Below, piece by piece: positions 1-9,872 of a stretch of 32,000 nt of DNA (position 1 is its first letter; every line of letters starts with the position of its first letter). Made by a program: the position numbers and the translations under genes. Source of the DNA: Ignicoccus islandicus DSM 13165 (GTDB lineage: Archaea > Thermoproteota > Thermoprotei_A > Sulfolobales > Ignicoccaceae). The stretch spans positions 360,001 through 392,000 of the forward strand of contig NZ_CP006867.1 in the NCBI RefSeq assembly GCF_001481685.1, given 5' to 3'. The notes under the pieces are model-generated. The model saw only the letters and a program-made list of their open reading frames with translations, searched no databases and was not told where the DNA came from.

Positions 1-56
1 TTAGAAGGCACTAACCGTTTTTAGAGACCTTTTCGATGCTATAAAGGGTCTTTAGC

Positions 57-842
57 TTGATCGAAACCGTTTTCCTCATCTTCTTAGCCCTGGCTATCGT
101 AACTCCCCTCGCGAGGAGTTCAATAAAGGTAATAAACGAGTATCAGAGAGGAGTGGTGTTTCGATTAGGTAGGTACTCGGGGATCGTTGGTCCCGGCTTA
201 GTGGTGGTAATTCCCGTAATAGATTACTTGAGAATAATTGATATGAGGGTTACTGTCGCTGACGTTCCTGAACAAAGGGCCTTAACCAAGGACAACGTAG
301 AAGTTACAGTGGACGCTGTAGTTTACTACAGGGTCGTGGATCCGGAGAAAGCCGTTACGAGCGTGGAAGATTTCCAAGAAGCAGTAAGGTTGTTAGCTCA
401 GACTACATTAAGAGAGGTAATAGGTCAAGTGGAGCTAGACGAGTTACTAAGCAAAAGGCAAGAACTGAATTTAAAGATGCAAGAAGCAATGGATGAAATT
501 ACAGAGAAATGGGGGATAAAGGTAGTTAGGGTTACAATAAAGGAAATAAAATTGCCGGAAGAGCTACTTAGAGCTATCGCTAAGCAAGCTGAAGCCGAGA
601 GGTGGAGGAGGGCCAAGATAATAGAGGCCGAAGGCGAGAAGCAAGCCTCGAGCTTACTGACGGAGGCAGCGAAGCTGTACGAAGAACACCCTGTAGCTCT
701 TAGGCTAAGGGAGCTCCAAATGCTTCTAGAAATAGCTAAGGAGAAGAACCTAATAGTAATTGAAAGGGGAGACGGAATTGGCCTACCAGTTGCCTTAGCG
801 AAGGGCGTTAGTAACCCATCTACAGAAGAAAAACGCACCTAA
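57..842 (+). CDS. Slipin/stomatin-like SPFH domain membrane protein
   Basis: ORF of 261 aa: N-terminal hydrophobic helix, then the typical SPFH core (VINEYQRGVVFRLGRYSGIVGPGLVVVIPVIDYL...DMRVTVADVPEQRALTKDNVEVTVDAVVYYRV), then a charged helical region (AIAKQAEAERWRRAKIIEAEGEKQAS). TTG start. Confidence 0.93.
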   Translation: MIETVFLIFLALAIVTPLARSSIKVINEYQRGVVFRLGRYSGIVGPGLVVVIPVIDYLRIIDMRVTVADVPEQRALTKDNVEVTVDAVVYYRVVDPEKAVTSVEDFQEAVRLLAQTTLREVIGQVELDELLSKRQELNLKMQEAMDEITEKWGIKVVRVTIKEIKLPEELLRAIAKQAEAERWRRAKIIEAEGEKQASSLLTEAAKLYEEHPVALRLRELQMLLEIAKEKNLIVIERGDGIGLPVALAKGVSNPSTEEKRT

Positions 843-907
843 TCAATGTAATAGAATCGATGCCTGTATTAGGTTTTCATGCCTCCGAGAGTTAGGACCT
901 ATGGATT

Positions 908-1180
908 ATGGACGCCCAACAGTACCTTTTAGGAATAGCTCTAATAAGCGTCATCGTAATACTCTTGATCTTCTCAAGCTCCGCCAAGAAAGACGAAATA
1001 GTAGGGAAGAAGGGGAGAGTAGTAAAGATCAATAAAGAAACATGGGTAGAGATTGAAGGGGAACTATGGAAGGCGCGATCAGAGGAGAAATTAAGCGAAG
1101 GAGATGAAATAGAAGTTTTAAGGAGAGTTGGCTTAACCTTAGAAGTAAAGAAAGTGGAAAAGAAGGATGACAATATATAG
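908..1180 (+). CDS. Small NfeD-like protein (one N-terminal TM plus OB-fold-like domain)
   Basis: 90 aa. TM segment then VGKKGRVVKINKETWVEIEGELWKARSEEKLSEGDEIEVLRRVGLTLEV, resembling the NfeD C-terminal domain. Sits directly downstream of the slipin, the usual pairing. Confidence 0.75.
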   Translation: MDAQQYLLGIALISVIVILLIFSSSAKKDEIVGKKGRVVKINKETWVEIEGELWKARSEEKLSEGDEIEVLRRVGLTLEVKKVEKKDDNI

Positions 1181-1303
1181 AATACGAAATAACTATGATG
1201 AAGTGAGATTAGAGACGGAATACGACTTATAGAGACTAACCGGTTAGGTCTATTCTTTTTAGGGATGTTTTCGTATTTCTTTCTTGCAAAGAGGTAATAT
1301 GTA

Positions 1304-2269
1304 ATGAGAAGGCTATTTGCACTACTAGTCTTAGGTATGATCGGCTTTTCGTTGAACCTAACGTTAGTCGGAAAGGCCGAAGTTGACGGAAATCCTATAA
1401 AGGTATTTATCGGCAAGGGTTATTCTATAATAGCAACTTATCAAGGGAAAATCTACGCAACTGATCTAAGTGGTAGGGTTCTAGGAGAGTACGATTTAGG
1501 AGAAGAGATATACGGAATGGACGTAAGTGGATCCGTAGTATACGTTACGACCATGGGCTTCGTTCACGCTTTCTCCTTAAACTTAAGGCCTCTAGCAAGC
1601 ATCGAGGTAGAAGAAGGATTTTCGGGTGCAATAGATGTAATTGGACCTTTCGCAGTGTTAGCTTTCTACAACATAGGTCTATTTCACTTAGATTTGGTAA
1701 ACGAAGAGGCGAAACTCGTTTGGGGATACAAGGGACTGAACGGCGTAATGCCCTTGGCCTTAAAGATAGCGTTTAGCCCATATCAGGAACGAGCTGAAAT
1801 AATATTTGGGGATATGGAAGGTAAGCTGTATTCAGTAAACCTCAAAGGGGAAGTGCTGAACAGCGGGAATTACGGCGACGTAATACTCTCTATTGACAAT
1901 TGCGGAAACTTAATTGCCATCTCGAAGGACGGCGGTTTCCTAGTAGGTTCCGGAGAGAAGGGTAAGCTTATAGAGAAAGAGACCAAGGGACCGACTTTCG
2001 TAGCTTTCGACGACCTATGCTCGAAGCTAGCAGTCGCAGAGAACGGCAAGTTAACTATATACGACCTAAGCGGTAAGGTAATAACTCAAGAGGAAATAGG
2101 TAAACCGGTAACCCTCTCGTGGTCTAGAGGAATAATAGCCATTGCTGAGAAAGGGAAAGGGGAAGTTAAGTTCTACGTCCTGGGTACGAACGCAGAACTC
2201 CCTACAAAAGAGATAGGCGAGATTAAGGAAGTTGAAAAGGTTAACGAAACCCTTCCATCCTTAGGTTAA
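1304..2269 (+). CDS. Secreted or anchored beta-propeller (PQQ/WD-like repeat) protein of unknown function
   Basis: 321 aa with signal peptide (MRRLFALLVLGMIGFSLNLTL) and repeated blade-like units (ATYQGKIYATDLSGRVLGEYDLGEEIYGMDVSGSVVYVTT...). Confidence 0.6.
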   Translation: MRRLFALLVLGMIGFSLNLTLVGKAEVDGNPIKVFIGKGYSIIATYQGKIYATDLSGRVLGEYDLGEEIYGMDVSGSVVYVTTMGFVHAFSLNLRPLASIEVEEGFSGAIDVIGPFAVLAFYNIGLFHLDLVNEEAKLVWGYKGLNGVMPLALKIAFSPYQERAEIIFGDMEGKLYSVNLKGEVLNSGNYGDVILSIDNCGNLIAISKDGGFLVGSGEKGKLIEKETKGPTFVAFDDLCSKLAVAENGKLTIYDLSGKVITQEEIGKPVTLSWSRGIIAIAEKGKGEVKFYVLGTNAELPTKEIGEIKEVEKVNETLPSLG

Positions 2270-2272
2270 TTT

Positions 2273-3889
2273 TTACCTATCCATTTCCGCTACGCACGTG
2301 TCTAAGCTTATGTACGTAGCCAAGAAGTCTTGTAACAACAAGTTCCTTCCTATGTACTTCAAGCTTAAGGTATGGATGAACACTGGCGATCTCATGTGGA
2401 CCCTCCACGGCCTCATCCTAGCCTTGGGATCCTTCGGATTGGCGACCACTAATACGCCGTTCTCCCCTCTGGCTCCTTCGTGAATTCCGTAAGCCATTCC
2501 TACTTCTCTGGGGAACGGCGGTACCCTCTTCAAATGAGTTCCTAGGTCCCCCCTAGTGGTTAAGGTCTTGAGGACTTGCCTAACTATGTTTAAGCTCTGC
2601 TTTATTTCTTCGTACCTTATCAGAACCCTATCTAAGTTATCGCCTCTGGTGCCTATAGCTCCATCGAACTCTAGCGCGTCGTAGCCCATGTAAGGTTTGT
2701 TTATTCTGTAGTCCCAAGCCACTCCAGTGCTCCTTAAGTTAGGCCCAGTCCATCCGTACTTTATAGCAGTTTCGGAACTAACCGGGCTGACTCCCTCGAG
2801 CCTCATTACTACAAGCGGGTTCTCCAAGCTCAAATCAATTAATTTCTCAAAGTGCTTCTCGAATCTAACAATAACCTTCTCTGCAATATCCCTAAATCCT
2901 TGAGGTAAGTCCCTAGCGACTCCTCCGAACCTTATGTAATTGAAGGTCATTCTCTGACCGGTCAGCATTTCTAATAAGTTAATGAACGCCTCTCTATCCC
3001 TAACGGCCCACGCGAAGCCAGTGAGCTGGTTGATGTTTTCCAAGAACGAACCTATGTAAAGTATGTGAGATTGTATTCTGCTTAGCTCAGCCGCTAGGAT
3101 TCTTAGCAAATTGGCCCTCTCGTCCACCTTGGCTCCTAGAAGCTCTTCAACAGCTAAGACGTAAGGAATTTCCCACCCTATTCCATCTACGTAGCACTGC
3201 CTATCTAAGAGAGGTATTACCTTTAAGTACTCCTTCTGCTCGAAGATCCATTCCACTCCTCTGTGAACGTAGCCGATCCTAGGTATTACGTCCCTCACTA
3301 TTTCGCCTTCCAATCCCAGTAAGAAGCCGGCCGGACCGTGGGTAGCCGGGTGCTGTGGACCAACGTGCACGTAAACTAAATCGTCTCTTAACTTGTCTTT
3401 GTCCTCGACGTCAGTGCCCTTAATCTCGTTCCAGTCAACCTTAGGTAGATTGGTGTAACCTCCGGAGTCCTTCAGTAAGGGAAACCTGTCTTTAGGGAAT
3501 AACCTCGGGTCTTCCGAGAGCAACAGCTTCCTTATCCTACCCCATCTCTTATAGTCGGGGTGGTTTAGGAAGTTCACTCCGAACATTTCATACGTTTCGT
3601 TCTCATGCCATTCTACACCCGGAAAAATATCGGCTAGGGAGGGAATCTCTCTCTTATCTCTATCTAGCTTAGTACTTAGCGCAACGGTCTTAGCGTCTGA
3701 GAGCCTGTGAAGAACGAGGAGCAACTGGACTTTCTTCTCTGCAGGCCAATCAACGGCAGTTAACATTTGCGGATACAAGTATCCGTCTTCCTTGAGCTGG
3801 TAAGCGCTCTCGTACCAACCTTGAGGTTCGACTTCCACGTAAGTTAAGTTGCTCCACTCCTTCCTATTTACCTCCCACGTTAGCTTCAT
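2273..3889 (-). CDS. nuoCD: NADH-quinone oxidoreductase-like subunit C/D fusion
   Basis: 538 aa. C domain: SLADIFPGVEWHENETYEMFGVNFLNHPDYKR. D domain: HVGPQHPATHGPAGFLLGLEGEIVRDVIPRIGYVHRGVEWIFEQKEY and C-terminal SLDTCVAEMDR. The paired CxxC NiFe ligands of hydrogenase large subunits are absent. Confidence 0.92.
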   Translation of the reverse strand: MKLTWEVNRKEWSNLTYVEVEPQGWYESAYQLKEDGYLYPQMLTAVDWPAEKKVQLLLVLHRLSDAKTVALSTKLDRDKREIPSLADIFPGVEWHENETYEMFGVNFLNHPDYKRWGRIRKLLLSEDPRLFPKDRFPLLKDSGGYTNLPKVDWNEIKGTDVEDKDKLRDDLVYVHVGPQHPATHGPAGFLLGLEGEIVRDVIPRIGYVHRGVEWIFEQKEYLKVIPLLDRQCYVDGIGWEIPYVLAVEELLGAKVDERANLLRILAAELSRIQSHILYIGSFLENINQLTGFAWAVRDREAFINLLEMLTGQRMTFNYIRFGGVARDLPQGFRDIAEKVIVRFEKHFEKLIDLSLENPLVVMRLEGVSPVSSETAIKYGWTGPNLRSTGVAWDYRINKPYMGYDALEFDGAIGTRGDNLDRVLIRYEEIKQSLNIVRQVLKTLTTRGDLGTHLKRVPPFPREVGMAYGIHEGARGENGVLVVANPKDPKARMRPWRVHMRSPVFIHTLSLKYIGRNLLLQDFLATYISLDTCVAEMDR

Positions 3890-4514
3890 TCTCGTTCACC
3901 TCCCCAGCTTTTCTCTTACCATGGATATATCTCTTCATGGGATCTACTAGCTTCTTATTAGAACCTTCCCTATCGTTAACGGGATATTTAGTTAGCTTAG
4001 CTTCGCTCAGATCCCCTCCCCTGATTAATTCTTCCATTTTCAAGATAGACCGTATTAGAGCCTCGGGCCTGGGAGGACATCCGGCCAAGTTAACAACGTA
4101 CGTCTGTTTTCGAATCTCCTCCGGAAGGGACCTTATCAGCTCGTGAATTCCGTCTAGAACGTACTCGCTCTCCCACCAAGGCCCACCGTTTATAGCGCAC
4201 TCACCCATTACTATAACGTACCTAGGACCGGGCGTTTGCATGAATAACCTTCTCAGTCTCTCAGCTATTTTCCTATTGACGGGGCCATTGACCAATATTA
4301 CGTCTACTTGCCTAGGAGTGGCCCTCGCCAAAACGCCTATCCTCTCGAAATCGTGAAAAGCGAAACCTGCTTGCATCATTTCTATTGCGCAACACATTAT
4401 ACCTAAGTGGAGGAGCCACAGACTGTTCCTTCTGGCCCACTTAACGCCCCTTCCAATTGGTTGTATCTTCTTCAAATCCGGTCTCTTAACTAACTTAAAC
4501 GCCATGGAAATCAC
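3864..4514 (-). CDS. nuoB: NADH-quinone oxidoreductase-like subunit B
   Basis: 216 aa with N2 cluster cysteine motifs: LGIMCCAIEMM, VIVMGECAINGG, VNLAGCPPRPEALI. Confidence 0.93.
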   Translation of the reverse strand: MISMAFKLVKRPDLKKIQPIGRGVKWARRNSLWLLHLGIMCCAIEMMQAGFAFHDFERIGVLARATPRQVDVILVNGPVNRKIAERLRRLFMQTPGPRYVIVMGECAINGGPWWESEYVLDGIHELIRSLPEEIRKQTYVVNLAGCPPRPEALIRSILKMEELIRGGDLSEAKLTKYPVNDREGSNKKLVDPMKRYIHGKRKAGEVNENEANVGGK

Positions 4515-4879
4515 CTCATCCAGACCATTATTCTAATCTTCCTCATCCACGCTATTCCGGCGAGTAGCGCAAAGAATAGCATACTTAATCCAATTAACGC
4601 ATTAATGGACGGATTGTTAGCTCCGACTAGCGCTAGGGCACCAGTAACTTCTGCAACGAAGAAGGCTATCAAGTAGGGGAAGAAGTTCACTGTATACCTA
4701 ACTTCCTTGGGATCACCTAAGGTAAGTTCACCGCACTCATAGGTCTCGTACTTATCGGGGTGTTCGGGGGTTGGGTCTTCAAGCAACTTGTTGATAACGA
4801 GGGAGCCGCCTTCCAAGACGGCTCCGACTGCCATTGCGGTCGCTACTGCTGTTATGGCTATAGCTCCAGGCTCGATCAT
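4511..4879 (-). CDS. nuoA: NADH-quinone oxidoreductase-like subunit A
   Basis: 122 aa, three hydrophobic segments and the subunit A signature KYETYECGELTLGDPKEVRYTVNFFPYLIAFFVAEV. 4-nt overlaps with both neighbours. Confidence 0.83.
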   Translation of the reverse strand: MIEPGAIAITAVATAMAVGAVLEGGSLVINKLLEDPTPEHPDKYETYECGELTLGDPKEVRYTVNFFPYLIAFFVAEVTGALALVGANNPSINALIGLSMLFFALLAGIAWMRKIRIMVWMR

Positions 4880-6369
4880 CCCGGTACCACCCCCGTTAGA
4901 GCTAGTGGAGTTTGAGTAACCGCGGTCTTTAAGGGTCCCATTACCAGATGGGGCATGATTCCTATTATGACGCTTATTGCCAGTAAGTAGAGTATTGGAC
5001 CTATGTGGTAGAACTTAACGTCTTTTTCGAGCTTCACTGGAGGTCTAGTGAAGAGCATTCTCTGTCCATCCCATACCAAGTAGCCTGTAACGGTAGCTAT
5101 AGCTAACAGCAAGAAAGCGGCAACTATCGTTCCAGCCGAAGTTTGCTTGGCCATGCCCAAGCTCGAGGCTACCAAGCTAAGTTCAGCCGGATATCCGGAA
5201 GTACCTGGCAGTCCGAAACCGGCGAATATTGCTATCATTATTACGGTACTCATGATAGGGACAACGAAGGCGAGTCCCCTTATCTTCGGTATTTCTCTCG
5301 TATGTAGGTAATGCTTAATGACTCCGCTTAAGAGGAATAGCGCACCTACTACGAAGCTGTGTGATATCATTTCGAATACTGAACCAACGAAGCCGAGGTA
5401 AGAAGCGTTACCTATCCCCATTCCCCATATCGCCGCGCCTATTGTTGACATGCTCATGTGGCTTATACTGGTGTAAGCAACTACTCTCTTGAAGTCTACT
5501 TGAGCTATTGCAACGGTGGCAGCGTAAGCGGCTGCTAAGGCCGCCCAAATTGCTATGAACGGTAGGTACATCATTAGCATGTAGGGTACTATTCCCAAAG
5601 TTATCCTAATGAAGGCGTATCCTCCCATCTTAAGCATTAGGGATGCCAGTATCACTGAGCTCGGGCTAGGCGCCTCTACGTGAGCTGCTGGCAACCAAGT
5701 GTGGAAAGGCGGAACTGGCACCTTTATGAAGAACGCTAAGAGGGTTAGCCAAGCGAACGCCGCTTTAACCCACTCTGGAGCTACGCTTAGTCCGGCGGCG
5801 AAGTCCTTCATGTCGAAGGTGTGGGAGCCGTAGAGCCACCCTAAGGCTATGGCCACTAAGAGCATCATTCCTCCTATTTGCGTATATACGAAGAACTTGT
5901 AGGCCGCGTAGACCTTCCTCTCACCGCCCCAATAGAGTATGTGTATGAACATTGGTAGTAGAGTGAACTCCCAGAATAGGTAGAACCAGAAGAGGTTCCA
6001 CGAGGCGAATACTCCTATTAGGGCTGCCTCAGCAGTAAACATTAGCGCTAGGTAAAGTTTCGCCCTCTCTTCTATTTCCCAACTCGCTGCCCAAGCAACG
6101 GCAATGAATATCAAGCCGGTAATGGCAAGGAAGAGGGCCGATAGGGAGTCAACTCTAAAGGTTAGATCGGCGCCTATCTGATGCAAACCCGGTAGTACGT
6201 AGTTCTCGTAGTACGGCTCCTCTATGCCCCTAAGTATCGGAGATACTAGTAGTAAGGCAACAATTATCGTCAATATTATTGACGCTTGCTTAGCTCTCCT
6301 ATCGCTAACTAACATTACGCCAACGGAACTAACGAGCGATAATATTATAGCAGCAAGGAGCTCGCACAT
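4876..6369 (-). CDS. nuoM: Proton-translocating NADH-quinone oxidoreductase-like subunit M (Mrp-type antiporter family)
   Basis: 497 aa polytopic. LFYLFWEFTLLPMFIHILYWG, IKVPVPPFHTWLPAAHVEAPSPSSVILASLMLKMGGYA and VAYTSISHMS are typical of NuoM. Confidence 0.92.
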   Translation of the reverse strand: MCELLAAIILSLVSSVGVMLVSDRRAKQASIILTIIVALLLVSPILRGIEEPYYENYVLPGLHQIGADLTFRVDSLSALFLAITGLIFIAVAWAASWEIEERAKLYLALMFTAEAALIGVFASWNLFWFYLFWEFTLLPMFIHILYWGGERKVYAAYKFFVYTQIGGMMLLVAIALGWLYGSHTFDMKDFAAGLSVAPEWVKAAFAWLTLLAFFIKVPVPPFHTWLPAAHVEAPSPSSVILASLMLKMGGYAFIRITLGIVPYMLMMYLPFIAIWAALAAAYAATVAIAQVDFKRVVAYTSISHMSMSTIGAAIWGMGIGNASYLGFVGSVFEMISHSFVVGALFLLSGVIKHYLHTREIPKIRGLAFVVPIMSTVIMIAIFAGFGLPGTSGYPAELSLVASSLGMAKQTSAGTIVAAFLLLAIATVTGYLVWDGQRMLFTRPPVKLEKDVKFYHIGPILYLLAISVIIGIMPHLVMGPLKTAVTQTPLALTGVVPG

Positions 6370-6372
6370 TTC

Positions 6373-8466
6373 TTACCACCCCACGCCTATAGTTAGAATT
6401 AACGTTATCACGATTACCAATGCTAGACCAGCCACCGAAAGGACGAGGTATAGGTTTATATCTCCCGATTGTAGACGCCATAAAGCCCTTCCAATTCTAA
6501 CTGCGGCCCTCGCCAAACCATCTATTACCTTTTCGTCCCACAAGTCCTCGTCTGCTAACCTGACGCTCACTGCCCAGCTCCAAGCATAGAACCTACCTAT
6601 AACGAAAGCAGTGTTTACTAAGAAGTTGGTGTAGGCTCTTTCTACTAGATCAGTGATCTTTGCAACTACCCTTATCCAGAAGTTGGCTACCCCATGATAT
6701 AGCTCGTGGAACCATAATTCTTTATATAGAGGATACCATATGTAATAAATGAGTTTGTTCTTAACTATTCCATAAAGCGAGTAGTAAGCTATTGGAGTTA
6801 GGAAACCTAGTATCGCTAAAGTTAGAGCCACGTTACCCAAAGGCAACTCGACTTTCTCACCGTGAGCGTGGGCGTGGTAGTGAAGGGCCTCCTCAAGCGT
6901 ATATACTATTATCGGACCGGAGACGAGTACTATGGCAGCCAATGATACTAGCGCGAACCTCATGGCGGGTCCGGCGTCGTGAACGCTCGCTTCCGGATGA
7001 CCTTCCTTCCATCTCTCGTTACCGAAGAAGGTTAAGTAAAGCAATCTACCGCTATAAAATCCAGTTAGACCAGCAGCCACTGTTAACAAGATACCGACTA
7101 TGGTTGAATGGGGAACTGGGCTGTGCAATGAGCTCTCAATTATCAGTTCCTTCGACCACCATCCCGCGAACGGCGGTATGCCTACTAGGCTCAGTAAGGC
7201 TATCAAGGTTGTAAAGAAGGTCACCTTCATGTATTTCCATAGACCACCCATGTTGAACATGTCCCTAGATTCGTAGGGATCGTGAAGGACGTGCTCTAAT
7301 GCGTGAATAACGGCGCCTGCCCCTAGGAAGAGGAGCGCCTTGAAGAAGGCATGTATGTATAGGTGAGCTGCGCCGGCCAGCAAGCTTCCGAGGCCTAGGG
7401 CAGCGAACATGTAGCCGAGTTGGCTCATGGTTGAGAATGCTATTACTTTCTTTATATCTCTGGCAGCTGAACCGAAGAGTCCGGCCACGAAAGCGGTAAT
7501 GGCACCTATTAGAGCGATCGCGTCCATTAAGCTCAGGTTGTAAATTACGTAGGACTCGTAAAGCGGGAAGAGTCTAGCTATGAGGTAAGCTCCGGCAGCA
7601 ACCATAGTAGCCGAGTGAAGAACTGCCGAAACGGTAGTTGGGCCCTCCATTGCATCTGAGAGCCAAGGGTGGAAGGGCATTTGAGCGCTCTTTCCTAACG
7701 CTCCTATGCTCACGCCAACGAGAATAGCAGTTAAAGCGACTGCCCCGAATAGCTTCTGATGAGTAAGTTCTATACTATGGGAAATTTGGAGAACGTTGCC
7801 CGTTCCGGCTAACGCAATTAAGGCCCCAACGCCAGCTAGGAAGAACACGTCCGCCGTCCTAGTAACCAATATGGCCTTCCTTCCAGCTCTAACTGCGTTA
7901 GGACCGACCTTGGGGTGGTACCAGTAGTACGAAATAAGAAGGAACGAGGCCGCTCCTACGAGCTCCCAGAACAGCAATATCAAGATGAGGTTTGAAGATA
8001 ACACTATTCCTTCCATAGAGGCCAAGAAGAGAAGCATTTCGCTGTAGTACCTATGAGGTCCCCTGGCGCCTTCCATGTATTCCCAACTATAGACCAAATC
8101 GAGGAACGTTATGATTGCAACGACCAAAGCCATGATGGAAGATATAGTATCTATTAGTAAGCTGAAGTAATTCTCGTGATGACCCACTGGGTACCACGGA
8201 TAGTACTTCACTTCCAGCTCGTTACCTATGCCTACCGCAGCGAGCGCGATAGCTGCCAAGAGCGTTATTCCAGCTCCTAGGACTCCGAGGGACCACTCCC
8301 ACCAGTCCTCCCTCTCGCCGGCCCAAGAGGGCTTCACGCGCTTAATTCTATTTTTGTATAAAGGCGTTAAGAGGACTACTATACTCAGCAGTAACGGTAG
8401 GGCTATCGGAACTATCGCTACTGGAGGTACCCACCAAGGAACGGGAGAGTGGGTGATGGTCTCCAC
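6373..8466 (-). CDS. nuoL: Proton-translocating NADH-quinone oxidoreductase-like subunit L
   Basis: 697 aa polytopic. FWELVGAASFLLISYYW, GKSAQMPFHPWLSDAMEGPTTVSAVLHSATMVAAGAYLIARL, KKVIAFSTMSQLGYM, plus a long C-terminal helix region. Confidence 0.92.
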   Translation of the reverse strand: METITHSPVPWWVPPVAIVPIALPLLLSIVVLLTPLYKNRIKRVKPSWAGEREDWWEWSLGVLGAGITLLAAIALAAVGIGNELEVKYYPWYPVGHHENYFSLLIDTISSIMALVVAIITFLDLVYSWEYMEGARGPHRYYSEMLLFLASMEGIVLSSNLILILLFWELVGAASFLLISYYWYHPKVGPNAVRAGRKAILVTRTADVFFLAGVGALIALAGTGNVLQISHSIELTHQKLFGAVALTAILVGVSIGALGKSAQMPFHPWLSDAMEGPTTVSAVLHSATMVAAGAYLIARLFPLYESYVIYNLSLMDAIALIGAITAFVAGLFGSAARDIKKVIAFSTMSQLGYMFAALGLGSLLAGAAHLYIHAFFKALLFLGAGAVIHALEHVLHDPYESRDMFNMGGLWKYMKVTFFTTLIALLSLVGIPPFAGWWSKELIIESSLHSPVPHSTIVGILLTVAAGLTGFYSGRLLYLTFFGNERWKEGHPEASVHDAGPAMRFALVSLAAIVLVSGPIIVYTLEEALHYHAHAHGEKVELPLGNVALTLAILGFLTPIAYYSLYGIVKNKLIYYIWYPLYKELWFHELYHGVANFWIRVVAKITDLVERAYTNFLVNTAFVIGRFYAWSWAVSVRLADEDLWDEKVIDGLARAAVRIGRALWRLQSGDINLYLVLSVAGLALVIVITLILTIGVGW

Positions 8467-8524
8467 TTTAGCACCCTTCCAGAAAAAGAGGGCCGATTGA
8501 TAAAAGGACTACGCGTTCTGATCA

Positions 8525-9781
8525 TTAGGTCAGGCGGGCTCTTAGAAGCAGGCCCGGAGTATAAATTGACCCAACCCATCTACCTTCCTTACCTGTATCG
8601 AGAAGTCCTTCGTTTAGGAGATCTAGTACGTTAGCGCTTAGGACCGCTTCCACGTGTTCGCCCTCGTAGAACGCAGGTGAGAGGACTACGCTCATGTAAC
8701 CCGTCTCCGGGCTCGCAGTGTGAAGTCCGGTTAGGCCTAAGACTTTAACGCCTTCTTCGCTAGCGTTACCGGCTCTAACTATTAGATTGGTGTAGGTAGG
8801 GGAAGGCTTGGAGAAGGGATCCTCTCTGAAGCCCCTGCCCTTCTCAATGCCTAATTTATAGCCCCACATTAAGTCCGCTAGGAAGCCCTTGACAACGCCT
8901 TTCTCAATAAGGGTCAAGGGCTCGCTCCTCACGCCTTCGTGATCGCATCCGTGAGAGGACGGACCTCCAGATAACCTCGGATGGTCGTCTACGCTCAACT
9001 TCTCCGAGAACGCCTTCTTACCTAGTGAAGAGGCCAACGGACTGTGACCTTTGGCTACTTCGTCTGCCATGAACATTTCGATTAAAAAGTCCAAAAGCTC
9101 CGCAGAGGCCCTTGGATCGAAGAAGAGCTCCTTCTCGCCTTCGATCCTCTTAGGCCTTATCCTTAAGGCAGCTGCCTCTTCAAAGAGCTTCGAGGTTACT
9201 TCGCTAGGTTCGGGCAACTTAGCGTGAGACGTGAAAACGTCCCATACGCTCTTACTAGTGTAGCCACCTTCCTTCTTGCTTACGCTAACGGTCATGGAGG
9301 CTTGAGTTGATCTTTCCTCAAATGCCGTGCCCTCGGTATTAGCTATAGCCCAATAAGTAGAGCCAACCGAGATAGAGGAACTTAAGGAGTAACCTTCCTT
9401 GAATTCGATGCCTTTAGCTATATCCTCCAGCTCCCCTATTCCCACGTTTTCGAGGGAGGGAGAGTAAATGCCGGCTACTTTCTGACACTTTGATGAAGGG
9501 AATCCTTCCCACCATGGTATTTCCTGAGCGAGGTTCGAAATCTTGATCGCTTCCTCGTAGAGCGAGGTAATGATCTCCTTCAAGTCCTTGGTACCGATAG
9601 TAGAGGACGCAATTCCAAGTCTCTTGTTCCTCTCAACCCTTACGCTGACTGCACCTACTACTCCGCCCTTGACACCAACTAACTTGTTGTCCTCTATTTC
9701 TATATTGTTGTTCTTTTCAATATAGATGAAAACCTCAGCGTTCTCCAATCCTTTAATTGCGCTATCGATCTCTTCTAACAA
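8525..9781 (-). CDS. PmbA/TldE-like protein (TldD/PmbA family; no HExxxH metal motif seen)
   Basis: 418 aa. DNKLVGVKGGVVGAVSVRVERNKRLGIASST near the N-terminus; FSEKLSVDDHPRLSGGPSSHGCDHEGVRSEPLTLIEKGVVKGFLADLMWGYKLG and SPTYTNLIVRAGNAS match the family layout. Confidence 0.85.
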   Translation of the reverse strand: MLEEIDSAIKGLENAEVFIYIEKNNNIEIEDNKLVGVKGGVVGAVSVRVERNKRLGIASSTIGTKDLKEIITSLYEEAIKISNLAQEIPWWEGFPSSKCQKVAGIYSPSLENVGIGELEDIAKGIEFKEGYSLSSSISVGSTYWAIANTEGTAFEERSTQASMTVSVSKKEGGYTSKSVWDVFTSHAKLPEPSEVTSKLFEEAAALRIRPKRIEGEKELFFDPRASAELLDFLIEMFMADEVAKGHSPLASSLGKKAFSEKLSVDDHPRLSGGPSSHGCDHEGVRSEPLTLIEKGVVKGFLADLMWGYKLGIEKGRGFREDPFSKPSPTYTNLIVRAGNASEEGVKVLGLTGLHTASPETGYMSVVLSPAFYEGEHVEAVLSANVLDLLNEGLLDTGKEGRWVGSIYTPGLLLRARLT

Positions 9782-9872
9782 ATCGCTCCTCCACTTGAAA
9801 GCTTGGTAAGGAAGATGAAGAAAGTTTTCGTGACGGCATGGGAATGTTGTTATCCAAGGGAGATTAGGGACT

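Noticed and set aside
425-838. Minus-strand ORF of 137 aa inside the slipin gene
   Set aside because: Antisense to a clear SPFH protein; Ser-rich low-complexity translation typical of a shadow ORF.
892-1416. Minus-strand 174-aa ORF over the NfeD-like gene and propeller start
   Set aside because: Overlaps two better supported plus-strand genes and shows no family features.
6224-6589. Plus-strand ORFs over nuoM/nuoL (also 6792-7214, 8228-8500)
   Set aside because: Antisense to strongly conserved complex-I subunits.
2273-8466. Possibility that the cluster encodes an energy-converting [NiFe] hydrogenase (Mbh/Ech type)
   Set aside because: The D domain has no paired CxxC ligands at either end (it reads DRQCYVDG and SLDTCVAEMDR), and the C and A subunits match the Nuo type.
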